Origin: Halovenus rubra
GTDB lineage: Archaea > Halobacteriota > Halobacteria > Halobacteriales > Haloarculaceae
NCBI RefSeq assembly: GCF_026586665.1
Contig: NZ_JAODIY010000011.1
Coordinates: 36,533-60,532, forward strand
Direction of reading: 5' to 3'
Length of the DNA: 24,000 bases
Shown here: in pieces, positions 1-7,300 of the stretch
Position numbering within the stretch: the stretch's first letter is position 1
Layout of the letters: every line of letters begins with the position of its first letter
Translations under genes and position numbers: made by a program
Notes under the pieces: model-generated
What the model saw: only the letters and a program-made list of their open reading frames with translations
The model's database searches: none
Told to the model about the DNA's origin: nothing

Positions 1-112
1 CAAAGAGCGCTTTGACGCGGAGGGAATCAACATCCCCTACCCCAACCGAACAATCGGCGGCGAACTCGAACTGTCAAACGTCGCTGACCTCATGGAAAAC
101 ACCGACAACTGA
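1..112 (+). CDS. C-terminal fragment of an MscS-family mechanosensitive channel (5' end outside window)
   Basis: Frame 2 reads KERFDAEGINIPYPNRTIGGELELSNVADLMENTDN with TGA at 110-112. The RFDxEGIxIPxPxRT pattern matches the conserved C-terminal region I associate with MscS-type channels. It is absent from the ORF track because it has no start in the window. Confidence 0.55.
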   Translation, partial: KERFDAEGINIPYPNRTIGGELELSNVADLMENTDN

Positions 113-291
113 CTGGGACAGTATCGTCACTGCTACCCAGATTGGCGAGAGTAGGTTAACGATTACCCAGAAAAAATTTTTGTCCTAGTGAATGAAAGTG
201 CTATTTTGGAAAAGATTTAAGTTGGAAGCAAGCCAACATATTGAATACAGGAAAACGTTTTCCCGGGCACTGAGCCCAACTTCAGTCCACA

Positions 292-1269
292 ATGACCGAC
301 ACCACCACGAGACGCTATGCGCGTGAAAACGAGGATGATGAGGAAGAGTCCGAACGCTCGTCCGACGAGACTGTTGATTGCCCAGAGTGTGGCGGCAATC
401 TAACATCGGATGCAGAACACGGCGAAACTGTGTGTGAAGACTGCGGACTGGTCGTCGAGGAGGAAGAAATCGACCCTGGTCCGGAGTGGCGTGCGTTCGA
501 TTCCCGTGAAAAAGACGAGAAATCCCGCGTCGGTGCACCGACGACAAATATGATGCACGACAAGGGCCTGTCGACAAACATCGGCTGGCAAGACAAAGAC
601 GCGTACGGCAACGCGCTGTCGAGTCGCCAACGCGAGAAGATGCAACGGTTACGTACCTGGAATGAACGGTTCCGTACCCGTGACTCGCGGGAGCGGAACC
701 TCAAGCAGGCTCTTGGCGAAATCGACCGGATGGCCTCCGCGCTTGGTCTGCCTGAGAATGTTCGGGAGACGTCGAGTGTCATCTACCGACGCGCGCTCGA
801 AGACGACTTGCTTCCCGGCCGCTCTATCGAAGGGGTCGCGACCGCATCGTTGTACGCGGCCGCTCGGAAGGCCGGAACACCGCGCTCGCTCGACGAGTTG
901 ACGCAGGTGTCACGCGTCGAGAAAGACGAAATTGCGCGGACGTATCGATACGTTGTCAGGGAACTCCAACTCGAAATCGAGCCTGCCGACCCTGAGAGTT
1001 ATGTTCCACGGTTTGTCTCTGAGCTGACTCTCTCTGAGGAAGTCGAACGGCGCGCGCGCCAACTGCTCAGCACCGCCAAAGAACAGGGTGTTCACTCGGG
1101 CAAGTCACCCGTTGGTCTCGCCGCTGCTGCCGTCTATGCGGCTTCGTTGCTGACAAACGAGAAAGTAACTCAGAGTGAGGTCAGTGAAGTGGCAAATATC
1201 TCCGAGGTTACGATTCGGAACCGCTACCACGAACTGCTTGAAGCCGAAGAGAACATCCACGGCCTCTAA
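292..1269 (+). CDS. tfb: Transcription initiation factor IIB (TFB)
   Basis: 325 aa. It has an N-terminal zinc ribbon (CPECGG...CEDCG) followed by two cyclin-like repeats with typical TFB motifs (GPEWRAF, RTWNERFR, ERNLKQALGEIDRMASALGLP, VSEVANISEVTIRNRY). An acidic N-terminal extension is typical of haloarchaeal paralogs. Confidence 0.95.
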   Translation: MTDTTTRRYARENEDDEEESERSSDETVDCPECGGNLTSDAEHGETVCEDCGLVVEEEEIDPGPEWRAFDSREKDEKSRVGAPTTNMMHDKGLSTNIGWQDKDAYGNALSSRQREKMQRLRTWNERFRTRDSRERNLKQALGEIDRMASALGLPENVRETSSVIYRRALEDDLLPGRSIEGVATASLYAAARKAGTPRSLDELTQVSRVEKDEIARTYRYVVRELQLEIEPADPESYVPRFVSELTLSEEVERRARQLLSTAKEQGVHSGKSPVGLAAAAVYAASLLTNEKVTQSEVSEVANISEVTIRNRYHELLEAEENIHGL

Positions 1270-1359
1270 TTTTGCGGCGCTGATACTTTCGTGTCAACTT
1301 GTGTTCTGTGTTAGAAGATAACGATATACATATCTCTGTTGAGTCCAGAATGACTTGCA

Positions 1360-3900
1360 ATGTCGACGATTCCTACGTCGGCGTTTGCTGAGCACGTTCA
1401 AACGCTAACTCACGACAGGTTTCAGGCGTTTGTGGCCGACCTCTGGTCTCTGGCTGGCTGGGAGACGACAATCGACGGAGCTGTTGTCGTCGCCCAACAG
1501 AGCGACCGCGAACAGCGGTTGCTGGTCCGGCCAACAGGTCGACTGGCCCGTTTGCGTTCGGACCCCCCGCCAGCAGACGTGTTTGACTGCGTAGTTTCAC
1601 CACGTGTCGAGAACAGCGAGCGAACAACCATCGACGATACTGAGCAACCGCTGGTTGACGCGAGTGACCTCCGGAGTCGTCTTATCTACGGCTGTGATAC
1701 CGTAGCGGCCGACCAGCTTTGGGCCACGTACTTTGAGACGGAGCTACGGGGCGGAGAGTGGATACAATCCGAGCGACGCTGGACGTGGCCACAGGCCACA
1801 CTGGGTGGGATGGCACTGTTGCTTATTGTCGCTGCCCTTGCTGTGTTGGTCGTCGGTCTCCCGTTTCTGGAAAGTGAGACTGGCGGTGGAGTGACCGCTT
1901 CGACGCTCGATGGTGGGCTAGAGACGGAGCTAGATTTTGGCCCACCAGAGCGTAGTGTTGAGGAGCCACGCACTATTGCCTGGGGAAAGACGGTGTACAT
2001 CGGCTCAGCCACAGGAAAAATCGCAGCCCTCGACGCCGAGACAGGAGAGACGTCTTGGTCCAGAAATCTCAGTGGGTTGCTCCGGTCACCGCTGGTCTCG
2101 AACGGAACGGTCTACGTTCGTTCCCCCGGGAAGATACACGCACTGGATGCAGTAACCGGCGACACCCAGTGGACAGACAGTACCAACGGCATCGAGTGGA
2201 CCCACTACGAACTCGCTCACAGTTCGAGCACACGGTTAAGCATCGATAACGGGACACTCTATTTTACCGATAAAAGGGGGCTTGTTGCACTCGATGCCGC
2301 CACAGGAACAGAACAGTGGAACAGCTCGGTCCAGGGAACAGTCGGTGGCTCACCGACGGTTTTTAACGAGACAGTGTACGTCGGCACGATGAATGGGACT
2401 CTGTCAGCGTTTTCGGTTGGAACCGGTGAGCGCCAGTGGCGGAAAGTGAACAACGACGAGTCGTATCACACCAGCGGGACGCCAAGTGTGAATCAAAACG
2501 GGCCAGACTCGTTGCTCATCACTGGTGTGTCGGGAGTGTACAGCTTTGACACCGAGACTGGTGAGCAACACTTGCAGTTAAACAGCAGCGAATTCGGTCG
2601 GATGTCGCCACCTGTTGTGGTCGTCGACTCGGAGTTACGACAGACTGGAAAGAACACGACGGCCGAGCCAGTTGCCTACGCCGCAGAAGGGCGTGTGTAT
2701 ATGTACGCACTCAACCCAACCGACGGCGAACGGTACTGGACTTATAAGGAAAACAGTGCTACCATACACAACCCAATTGTTGGCGACCCCAGCGAGAACA
2801 GTTCAGCATCGTCAATCTATGCTGCCACGGAGTCGCCCATCACAAGTGTCAGTTCGACAATTGTGGCGATTAACGCCAACTCTGCGGAAGAACGGTGGCG
2901 CGTCAAAAGCGACGACCAAGAGGTGCTGGTGGTAAATGTATTCAATGACACGCTGTATGCCGGGACCGACGCGGGCGAGGTGATGGCACTGGAAACCGAG
3001 AACGGACGCGAGCAGTGGCGTGTCGACGCCTTCGACGGGCGTGCAACCGGAGCAGTAACTGTCGTGACTGAGCCACTTCATGGTGATAGTGTCGATACCC
3101 GGACTCGACTCGGTGTCGGAGGCCACCACGACTGGCTTACCGGCCGCGAGACAGCACGCTCCGCTCAAAACGAGACAGCCGCAATTATCGACACGAGCGT
3201 CTCTTCGGAGGTTGCCGCCAGCGAACGGGTTACACTGCGTGTCAGCCTCATGAACCGTGGAGAGCGTTCGAAAAGAATACCTGCCGCCATCGAACCGGAG
3301 TGGGTGACGACTGAGGGTGGACTCCTCCAGACAGCAATCAGGCTATCCCCCGGCGAGGCCAAAGAGCTCACTGTTTCGGTAACCGCGCCTGACGAACCGG
3401 GGAACTATTCGACAACAATACGTGCCGGAAACGAGAGCACGACGGAGACGACAACTGTCGCCGAGCGCCCGGACCACGATGTGACAGCGCTTGATGACTC
3501 AGAGACAGTCTGGCAGGAAGATGAGACGGAGGTTATTGCGGCAGTAAAAAACACGGGAACACTCACAGCGACGACGCCAATTGGCCTTGAGTTCAACGGT
3601 GAGGTAGTCGATTCGACACAGCGAACAATCGGCCCAAACGAGACGATATCGGTAACGTTCAGCCTTGCGCCCGAGAACGCTGGGGCTGGTGAGTACAATT
3701 ACTCGGTTGCCACTAACGACAACGTGAAAACTGGCTCGCTTGAGGTGCTAACCGTCGACCGACGCGAAGACGCACTGCCGGTTGTCCGGCAAATATTTGG
3801 GTTCACTCTCCTCATCAGCGGTCTTGCGCTCGGCTGGCGTGTCATTACCGACATTCGTGGTCCGATATTCGGTCGGCGTGAACCCGAACACGAACAGTAA
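1360..3900 (+). CDS. Membrane-anchored PQQ-like beta-propeller repeat protein with C-terminal CARDB-like domains
   Basis: 846 aa. There are TM helices near aa 146-170 and aa 805-825. I count eight repeats of the G-x-[IV]-x-A[LF]D-x-x-T-G-x-x-x-W type (GKIAALDAETGETSW, GKIHALDAVTGDTQW, GLVALDAATGTEQW, GTLSAFSVGTGERQW, GEVMALETENGREQW and others). Two C-terminal Ig-like modules resemble CARDB (VTLRVSLMNRGE..., VIAAVKNTGTLTAT...). I count about 15 N-x-S/T sequons. Confidence 0.85.
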   Translation: MSTIPTSAFAEHVQTLTHDRFQAFVADLWSLAGWETTIDGAVVVAQQSDREQRLLVRPTGRLARLRSDPPPADVFDCVVSPRVENSERTTIDDTEQPLVDASDLRSRLIYGCDTVAADQLWATYFETELRGGEWIQSERRWTWPQATLGGMALLLIVAALAVLVVGLPFLESETGGGVTASTLDGGLETELDFGPPERSVEEPRTIAWGKTVYIGSATGKIAALDAETGETSWSRNLSGLLRSPLVSNGTVYVRSPGKIHALDAVTGDTQWTDSTNGIEWTHYELAHSSSTRLSIDNGTLYFTDKRGLVALDAATGTEQWNSSVQGTVGGSPTVFNETVYVGTMNGTLSAFSVGTGERQWRKVNNDESYHTSGTPSVNQNGPDSLLITGVSGVYSFDTETGEQHLQLNSSEFGRMSPPVVVVDSELRQTGKNTTAEPVAYAAEGRVYMYALNPTDGERYWTYKENSATIHNPIVGDPSENSSASSIYAATESPITSVSSTIVAINANSAEERWRVKSDDQEVLVVNVFNDTLYAGTDAGEVMALETENGREQWRVDAFDGRATGAVTVVTEPLHGDSVDTRTRLGVGGHHDWLTGRETARSAQNETAAIIDTSVSSEVAASERVTLRVSLMNRGERSKRIPAAIEPEWVTTEGGLLQTAIRLSPGEAKELTVSVTAPDEPGNYSTTIRAGNESTTETTTVAERPDHDVTALDDSETVWQEDETEVIAAVKNTGTLTATTPIGLEFNGEVVDSTQRTIGPNETISVTFSLAPENAGAGEYNYSVATNDNVKTGSLEVLTVDRREDALPVVRQIFGFTLLISGLALGWRVITDIRGPIFGRREPEHEQ

Positions 3901-3907
3901 GAGACAG

Positions 3908-4384
3908 CTACGCAGTCGTTGACAGCATATACCCGTTGTCGGCGATTGTCAGTTGGCCAAGCGTCACAGCCCAGCCAAGTACCCGGTCGAGATAAACAGG
4001 TCCCGGGTCGGTGCGTTCAAGCCGGTCACGAGTGCGACCGTCGATACGATTAGCAACCTCGTCTCGCGTAAGCGCTCGGTCCGTAGCCTCAAAGACAGCT
4101 AGAACAGCCGGGACACCAAAGACATGCGAAACAAACTCGTCACCGAGTGTCGCTGCGTCGAGTGTTGTCTCTTGGCGATAATATCCAGCCCCGTCATCAG
4201 AGACACAGCCAACTGCAGTCAGAAAGACAAGCCACTGGCTGGCGTGTGTTCGCGTCTCGACAGTTGTCCGGCGACAGAGCCGTCGACAGCAGTCAGCAGT
4301 CTCGTCGGCGTCTCTCGGGACAGCCAAGTAGACAGATTCCAGGTCTGTGAGGTCTCCCACAGGGGGAAGCTGTCGGTACCGCAT
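3908..4384 (-). CDS. Hypothetical protein (158 aa), translationally coupled to mch; possible tandem winged-helix-like repeats
   Basis: The track ORF 3908..4513 overlaps mch by 130 nt. An internal ATG at 4384-4382 (MRYRQLPPVGD...) overlaps the mch TGA (4386-4384) as TGATG, which is classic coupling. The sequence is acidic. The motif W-x-x-[FT]-L-x-x-x-G-x-[VL]-x-x-[DA]-[DN]-G-x-[YM] occurs twice. Confidence 0.6.
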   Translation of the reverse strand: MRYRQLPPVGDLTDLESVYLAVPRDADETADCCRRLCRRTTVETRTHASQWLVFLTAVGCVSDDGAGYYRQETTLDAATLGDEFVSHVFGVPAVLAVFEATDRALTRDEVANRIDGRTRDRLERTDPGPVYLDRVLGWAVTLGQLTIADNGYMLSTTA

Positions 4385-5316
4385 CAGAGTCCGAAGCTCT
4401 CTGCCAGAACGCTTTCGTCGGTTTCCCCGTAAACGTGGGTATCCCCGCCACGAACGTCGACAGTCACCTGTGCCGGGGCAAACAACTCGACTGGTAGGTC
4501 GCCGTATGCCCAATCAACAGACTCGAAAATGTCGACGAATGGGTCACCATACTCTGTCGGTGCAGTCGAGACGATTTGGGAAAATTTGTCGAAGGGCTCT
4601 TCGACGACAAGGTGAACCTGGCCACCGTAGGCGACTGCATCGTTCGTTCGGGCCATCGCTGTGGGTTCACTCTCAGCAACAGGCGCAAGTGGAGCCGAGG
4701 CGCTCACCGAAAGCACATCAAGCGGATCATACCCCAACTCAGCAAGCCGGAAGACAGCAAGCTCGGCCGCTCGCGAGCCGGCGACGGCACTCCCGGTGAT
4801 ACTTGCAGTCGAGAATGTCGGCAAGAAAATACTGCTCTCGGGAACGTTAGTGCGTTCGGCGACTGTTGACGCGACTTCAGCGGTCGGTAGCTGGTCGGAT
4901 TCAACCGCCAGTACGGCGAAATCGAACTCATCTTCGAAGCCGATGTTCCGGAATATCTCTTCTTCAGCGACGAGTGCACGAGCTGGGCCGCTCCCGAGAC
5001 CCTGAAAGTTCTCGGTTTCGAGCTCCCAGCCAGCTTTTCCCGAACACAGCAATGCCAGCGCCGGGTGGTCCGTGGTCACCTCGACGTGAGTAAGCGGTGC
5101 TCCAGCGAGTTCGTCGACGGTGCTCCCAACTGTAGCCAGCCCGGCAGTCTGGATTTCAGCGAGCAATAGGCCAGCCTCCAGAGCGCCCGGGAGGTCGACA
5201 CCGAAGTCGAGTACCGTCGCCTCGTTTGGGAGCGTATGTGCGTCGATAGTAAGCTCCTCCGCGAAGTCGATGGCCTCGTCGACCAGTTCGGTTGCCATCC
5301 GATTGAGACTCTCCAT
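4384..5316 (-). CDS. mch: Methenyltetrahydromethanopterin cyclohydrolase
   Basis: 310 aa. The N-terminus (MESLNRMATELVDEAIDFAEELTIDAHTLPNEATVLDFGVDLPGALEAGLLLAEI) and the overall length and organisation match my recollection of Mch, which haloarchaea retain. Confidence 0.9.
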   Translation of the reverse strand: MESLNRMATELVDEAIDFAEELTIDAHTLPNEATVLDFGVDLPGALEAGLLLAEIQTAGLATVGSTVDELAGAPLTHVEVTTDHPALALLCSGKAGWELETENFQGLGSGPARALVAEEEIFRNIGFEDEFDFAVLAVESDQLPTAEVASTVAERTNVPESSIFLPTFSTASITGSAVAGSRAAELAVFRLAELGYDPLDVLSVSASAPLAPVAESEPTAMARTNDAVAYGGQVHLVVEEPFDKFSQIVSTAPTEYGDPFVDIFESVDWAYGDLPVELFAPAQVTVDVRGGDTHVYGETDESVLAESFGL

Positions 5317-5377
5317 ACGGACATCTTCCGAGGGCCTCCCTTATCAACGCGTGGACTTTGTGACCAACAAAACTGCG

Positions 5378-5689
5378 CTACCGCTGCCCGCTGGCTTCAC
5401 GACCAAGATGTTCTTCGACTGCGTCAACTTTTGCTGTTGCTGGGTCGTCAACTGTCCGCTTGTCGTCAATTTTGAGGAACGTGCCAACGCGGTCACTGTC
5501 GACCGCGCTGTGAGCAGCCTGCGCGGCGGCGAATATCTCCGATACGTCGTCAGCTTCGAGTATTGTTCCCATTGGCGTTGTCTCGTAAGACACATCGAAC
5601 TGCTCTAAGGCTTCGACTGCCTTCGCTATCTCCGGGGCCATGCTTCCGTCGACGGTCGGTGAGACTGCAAGAAATGCAGTGACTGTCAT
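5378..5689 (-). CDS. MTH1187/YkoF-family (DUF77) thiamine-binding-like protein
   Basis: 103 aa. The family pattern is present: VTAFLAVSPTVDGSMAPEIAKAVEALEQFDVSYETTPMGTILEAD...RVGTFLKIDDKR. A TATA-like CTTTTAGG (minus-strand sense) lies about 30 bp upstream of the ATG. Confidence 0.85.
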   Translation of the reverse strand: MTVTAFLAVSPTVDGSMAPEIAKAVEALEQFDVSYETTPMGTILEADDVSEIFAAAQAAHSAVDSDRVGTFLKIDDKRTVDDPATAKVDAVEEHLGREASGQR

Positions 5690-5947
5690 ACCTGAGCTAG
5701 TGTCACCAGTCCTAAAAGGCTACACAAAGAGTGTTGGTCGGCTGAACATGTCACAACTGATACTCACAGGTGAGACAAGGAAGGTATAAATAAGGTAAGC
5801 AGAATTTCACAAAAGAGAATAGCTCTGGGCGTAGATTCCACACAGCGTAGACAGTGAGAGACACTGTGTCTCAAAGATTGCACAGCAGCGACCACCGCCA
5901 ACGGCAAGCGTGCGTGGCTGACTCGAGACCCAACGGTCTCTGGGCAG

Positions 5948-6115
5948 TTACCGTTCCAGCGAGACAGTCAGGTCAGTTGCAATCCAGCCGTCAGTGTTCC
6001 CATCCTCGGTGAAGACTGTGCGGTCGGGTGAACTCTGGTGGACCGACACACTGTTCTCCTCGTCTTGTGGGTCTGGCTGACTTGTCGGCTCCCGCTGTTG
6101 TCTGAATGAGTCCAT
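5948..6115 (-). CDS. Small acidic protein (55 aa), conserved-looking haloarchaeal microprotein
   Basis: Not in the ORF track because it is under 60 aa. The ATG is at 6115-6113 and the TAA at 5950-5948. Translation: MDSFRQQREPTSQPDPQDEENSVSVHQSSPDRTVFTEDGNTDGWIATDLTVSLER. Third codon positions are GC-rich. A TTTTATTTTTAG box lies about 27 bp upstream on the minus strand. The C-terminal TVF...GWIATD..V.LER pattern resembles a recurrent haloarchaeal small-protein family (recollection, unverified). Confidence 0.5.
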   Translation of the reverse strand: MDSFRQQREPTSQPDPQDEENSVSVHQSSPDRTVFTEDGNTDGWIATDLTVSLER

Positions 6116-6134
6116 TACTACTGATTAGGCATCC

Positions 6135-6148
6135 CTAAAAATAAAAGG
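6135..6148 (-). promoter_or_regulatory. TATA-like box for the 55-aa microprotein gene
   Basis: The minus-strand sequence CCTTTTATTTTTAG is centred about 27 bp upstream of the ATG at 6115. Confidence 0.4.
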
Positions 6149-6277
6149 ATTTTGGTCTGCCTAAACTGTGAGACAGAGAACGACACCTCATGGCCCAATA
6201 GTTCACATTCATGAGAAATGGTATCACATTCTATGAAATTAATTTCAGTAGAGAATCCGACAGAAGTATAATTAAGC

Positions 6278-6289
6278 TTATATTTATAC
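6278..6289 (+). promoter_or_regulatory. TATA-like box for the 6314 membrane-protein gene
   Basis: TTATATTTATAC is centred about 30 bp upstream of the ATG at 6314, within a visibly AT-rich divergent region. Confidence 0.4.
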
Positions 6290-6313
6290 GTATGAGGCTA
6301 TGACTAGGTACTG

Positions 6314-6586
6314 ATGAAAGAACGATATCGCACTGCGATTTCGAATCTATCTCGCGCGGAGCATTTGCTGCTGGCGGTGAGCGCCGTGAGCGCTTGCGTC
6401 GTCGTCGCGACGAACCCGTTTGCGACCGCGTTGCCGATTGCTGGAACCGCTACGGTAGTTGGAATGATGTTTGGAATCGACAAGCTACAGCCGTTCGTGT
6501 CGAATACATCGGCACCGACCACAGACAGCGAGCCAACCAGTACGTCCGAGAGAAGCAACGCAACACCCTGTACTGCTGACGACTGA
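6314..6586 (+). CDS. Small membrane protein (90 aa, two predicted TM helices, Thr/Ser/acidic tail)
   Basis: ATG at 6314, with a TTATATTTATAC box centred about 30 bp upstream. The hydrophobic segments are HLLLAVSAVSACVVVATNPF and ALPIAGTATVVGMMFGI. Third codon positions are GC-biased. I recognise no family. Confidence 0.5.
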   Translation: MKERYRTAISNLSRAEHLLLAVSAVSACVVVATNPFATALPIAGTATVVGMMFGIDKLQPFVSNTSAPTTDSEPTSTSERSNATPCTADD

Positions 6587-6646
6587 CAACGACCTATTGA
6601 GAGACAATCGTGGTACGTTTTTGTATCGCGGGGGCATAGGATACGT

Positions 6647-7300
6647 ATGAGCGACTCGGATTCCGACCCGGAGCTTTCACAGCTCCTGACAGACCTCACG
6701 ACGACCCTCCGCGAGCTAGAACAGGAGGTAGAGTCCGAACGCCCACGGGGCCCGCGGCTACCGACCCCGAGCGAACTATCGCGATTTACGAGTGAGGTCG
6801 CGATTCCGGGCATTATTCTGGTTCTCCGGACAAACGTCCGTGCACTCCAATTACTACAGCGCGCTGTCCGGCTCGCAGATGGCCGGAAGCCGTCGCCTGA
6901 CGGCGCGGTGTCAGAGGCACGGTCTCGTGCCGAAGAGGTCGGCAAGGCATCACTGTCACAGCTCGATGGCGTCTTGACAGACCTCCAGACGGCACTCGAA
7001 TCCCGTCCTGAAAACGAGCAGGCCGATGAACTACTGTCACGTGCTAGAGAACTCCGTGAACAGGTCCAAGGCGAGTTGGCCGAAGACGAGACACAACCAG
7101 AGACACAACAAGACAGCGCAGGCCCGGAGATAGACCAGTCTGACGCTGTTGGTATCGACGTGGAATCGGAGCTTAAATCACTCAAAGACAACATTCAGGA
7201 CGCCGAACAGCAGTACGATGACGACGGTGATGACGGAGATGATGGCGACGACAGCGGAAGTGATGCTACCGACGACACCGGGTCTGACCCAAACAGTTAG
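6647..7300 (+). CDS. Acidic coiled-coil hypothetical protein (217 aa) with poly-D/G tail
   Basis: Composition is very acidic, as is typical for haloarchaea. It has an amphipathic segment (IPGIILVLRTNVRALQLLQRAVRL), long helical E/Q/L-rich stretches and a DDDGDDGDDGDD tail. The antisense 296-aa ORF is Ser/Cys/Arg-rich and judged spurious. Confidence 0.75.
   Translation: MSDSDSDPELSQLLTDLTTTLRELEQEVESERPRGPRLPTPSELSRFTSEVAIPGIILVLRTNVRALQLLQRAVRLADGRKPSPDGAVSEARSRAEEVGKASLSQLDGVLTDLQTALESRPENEQADELLSRARELREQVQGELAEDETQPETQQDSAGPEIDQSDAVGIDVESELKSLKDNIQDAEQQYDDDGDDGDDGDDSGSDATDDTGSDPNS

Noticed and set aside
134-171. 8-bp direct repeat TACCCAGA at 134-141 and 164-171 upstream of tfb, followed by A6T5 (171-181)
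   Set aside because: An 8-mer repeated once within a short region is within chance expectation. The A6T5 run is adequately explained as an oligo-T terminator for the upstream MscS-like gene.
185-782. Antisense ORFs (130 aa, 155 aa, 81 aa) opposite tfb
   Set aside because: They lie inside a high-confidence TFB gene. They are Ser/Arg-rich mirror-frame artefacts.
4385-4513. 43-aa N-terminal extension of ORF 3908..4513
   Set aside because: It lies entirely inside the mch coding region in another frame and is extremely Arg-rich. The internal ATG forms a canonical TGATG coupling junction with mch.
5858-5872. Perfect palindrome GAGACAC-T-GTGTCTC as a specific operator
   Set aside because: About one or more 7+7 palindromes per spacer length are expected by chance in 24 kb, so it is not significant on its own. 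I kept it only as supporting detail in the intergenic-region finding.
6304-7194. 296-aa minus-strand ORF spanning both plus-strand genes and the gap between them
   Set aside because: Its composition is Ser/Cys/Arg-rich and basic (for example SSDSTSIPTASDWSISGPALSCCVSGCVSSS). That is the typical mirror image of an Asp/Glu-rich haloarchaeal gene on the other strand. The plus-strand products have normal acidic composition and promoter geometry.
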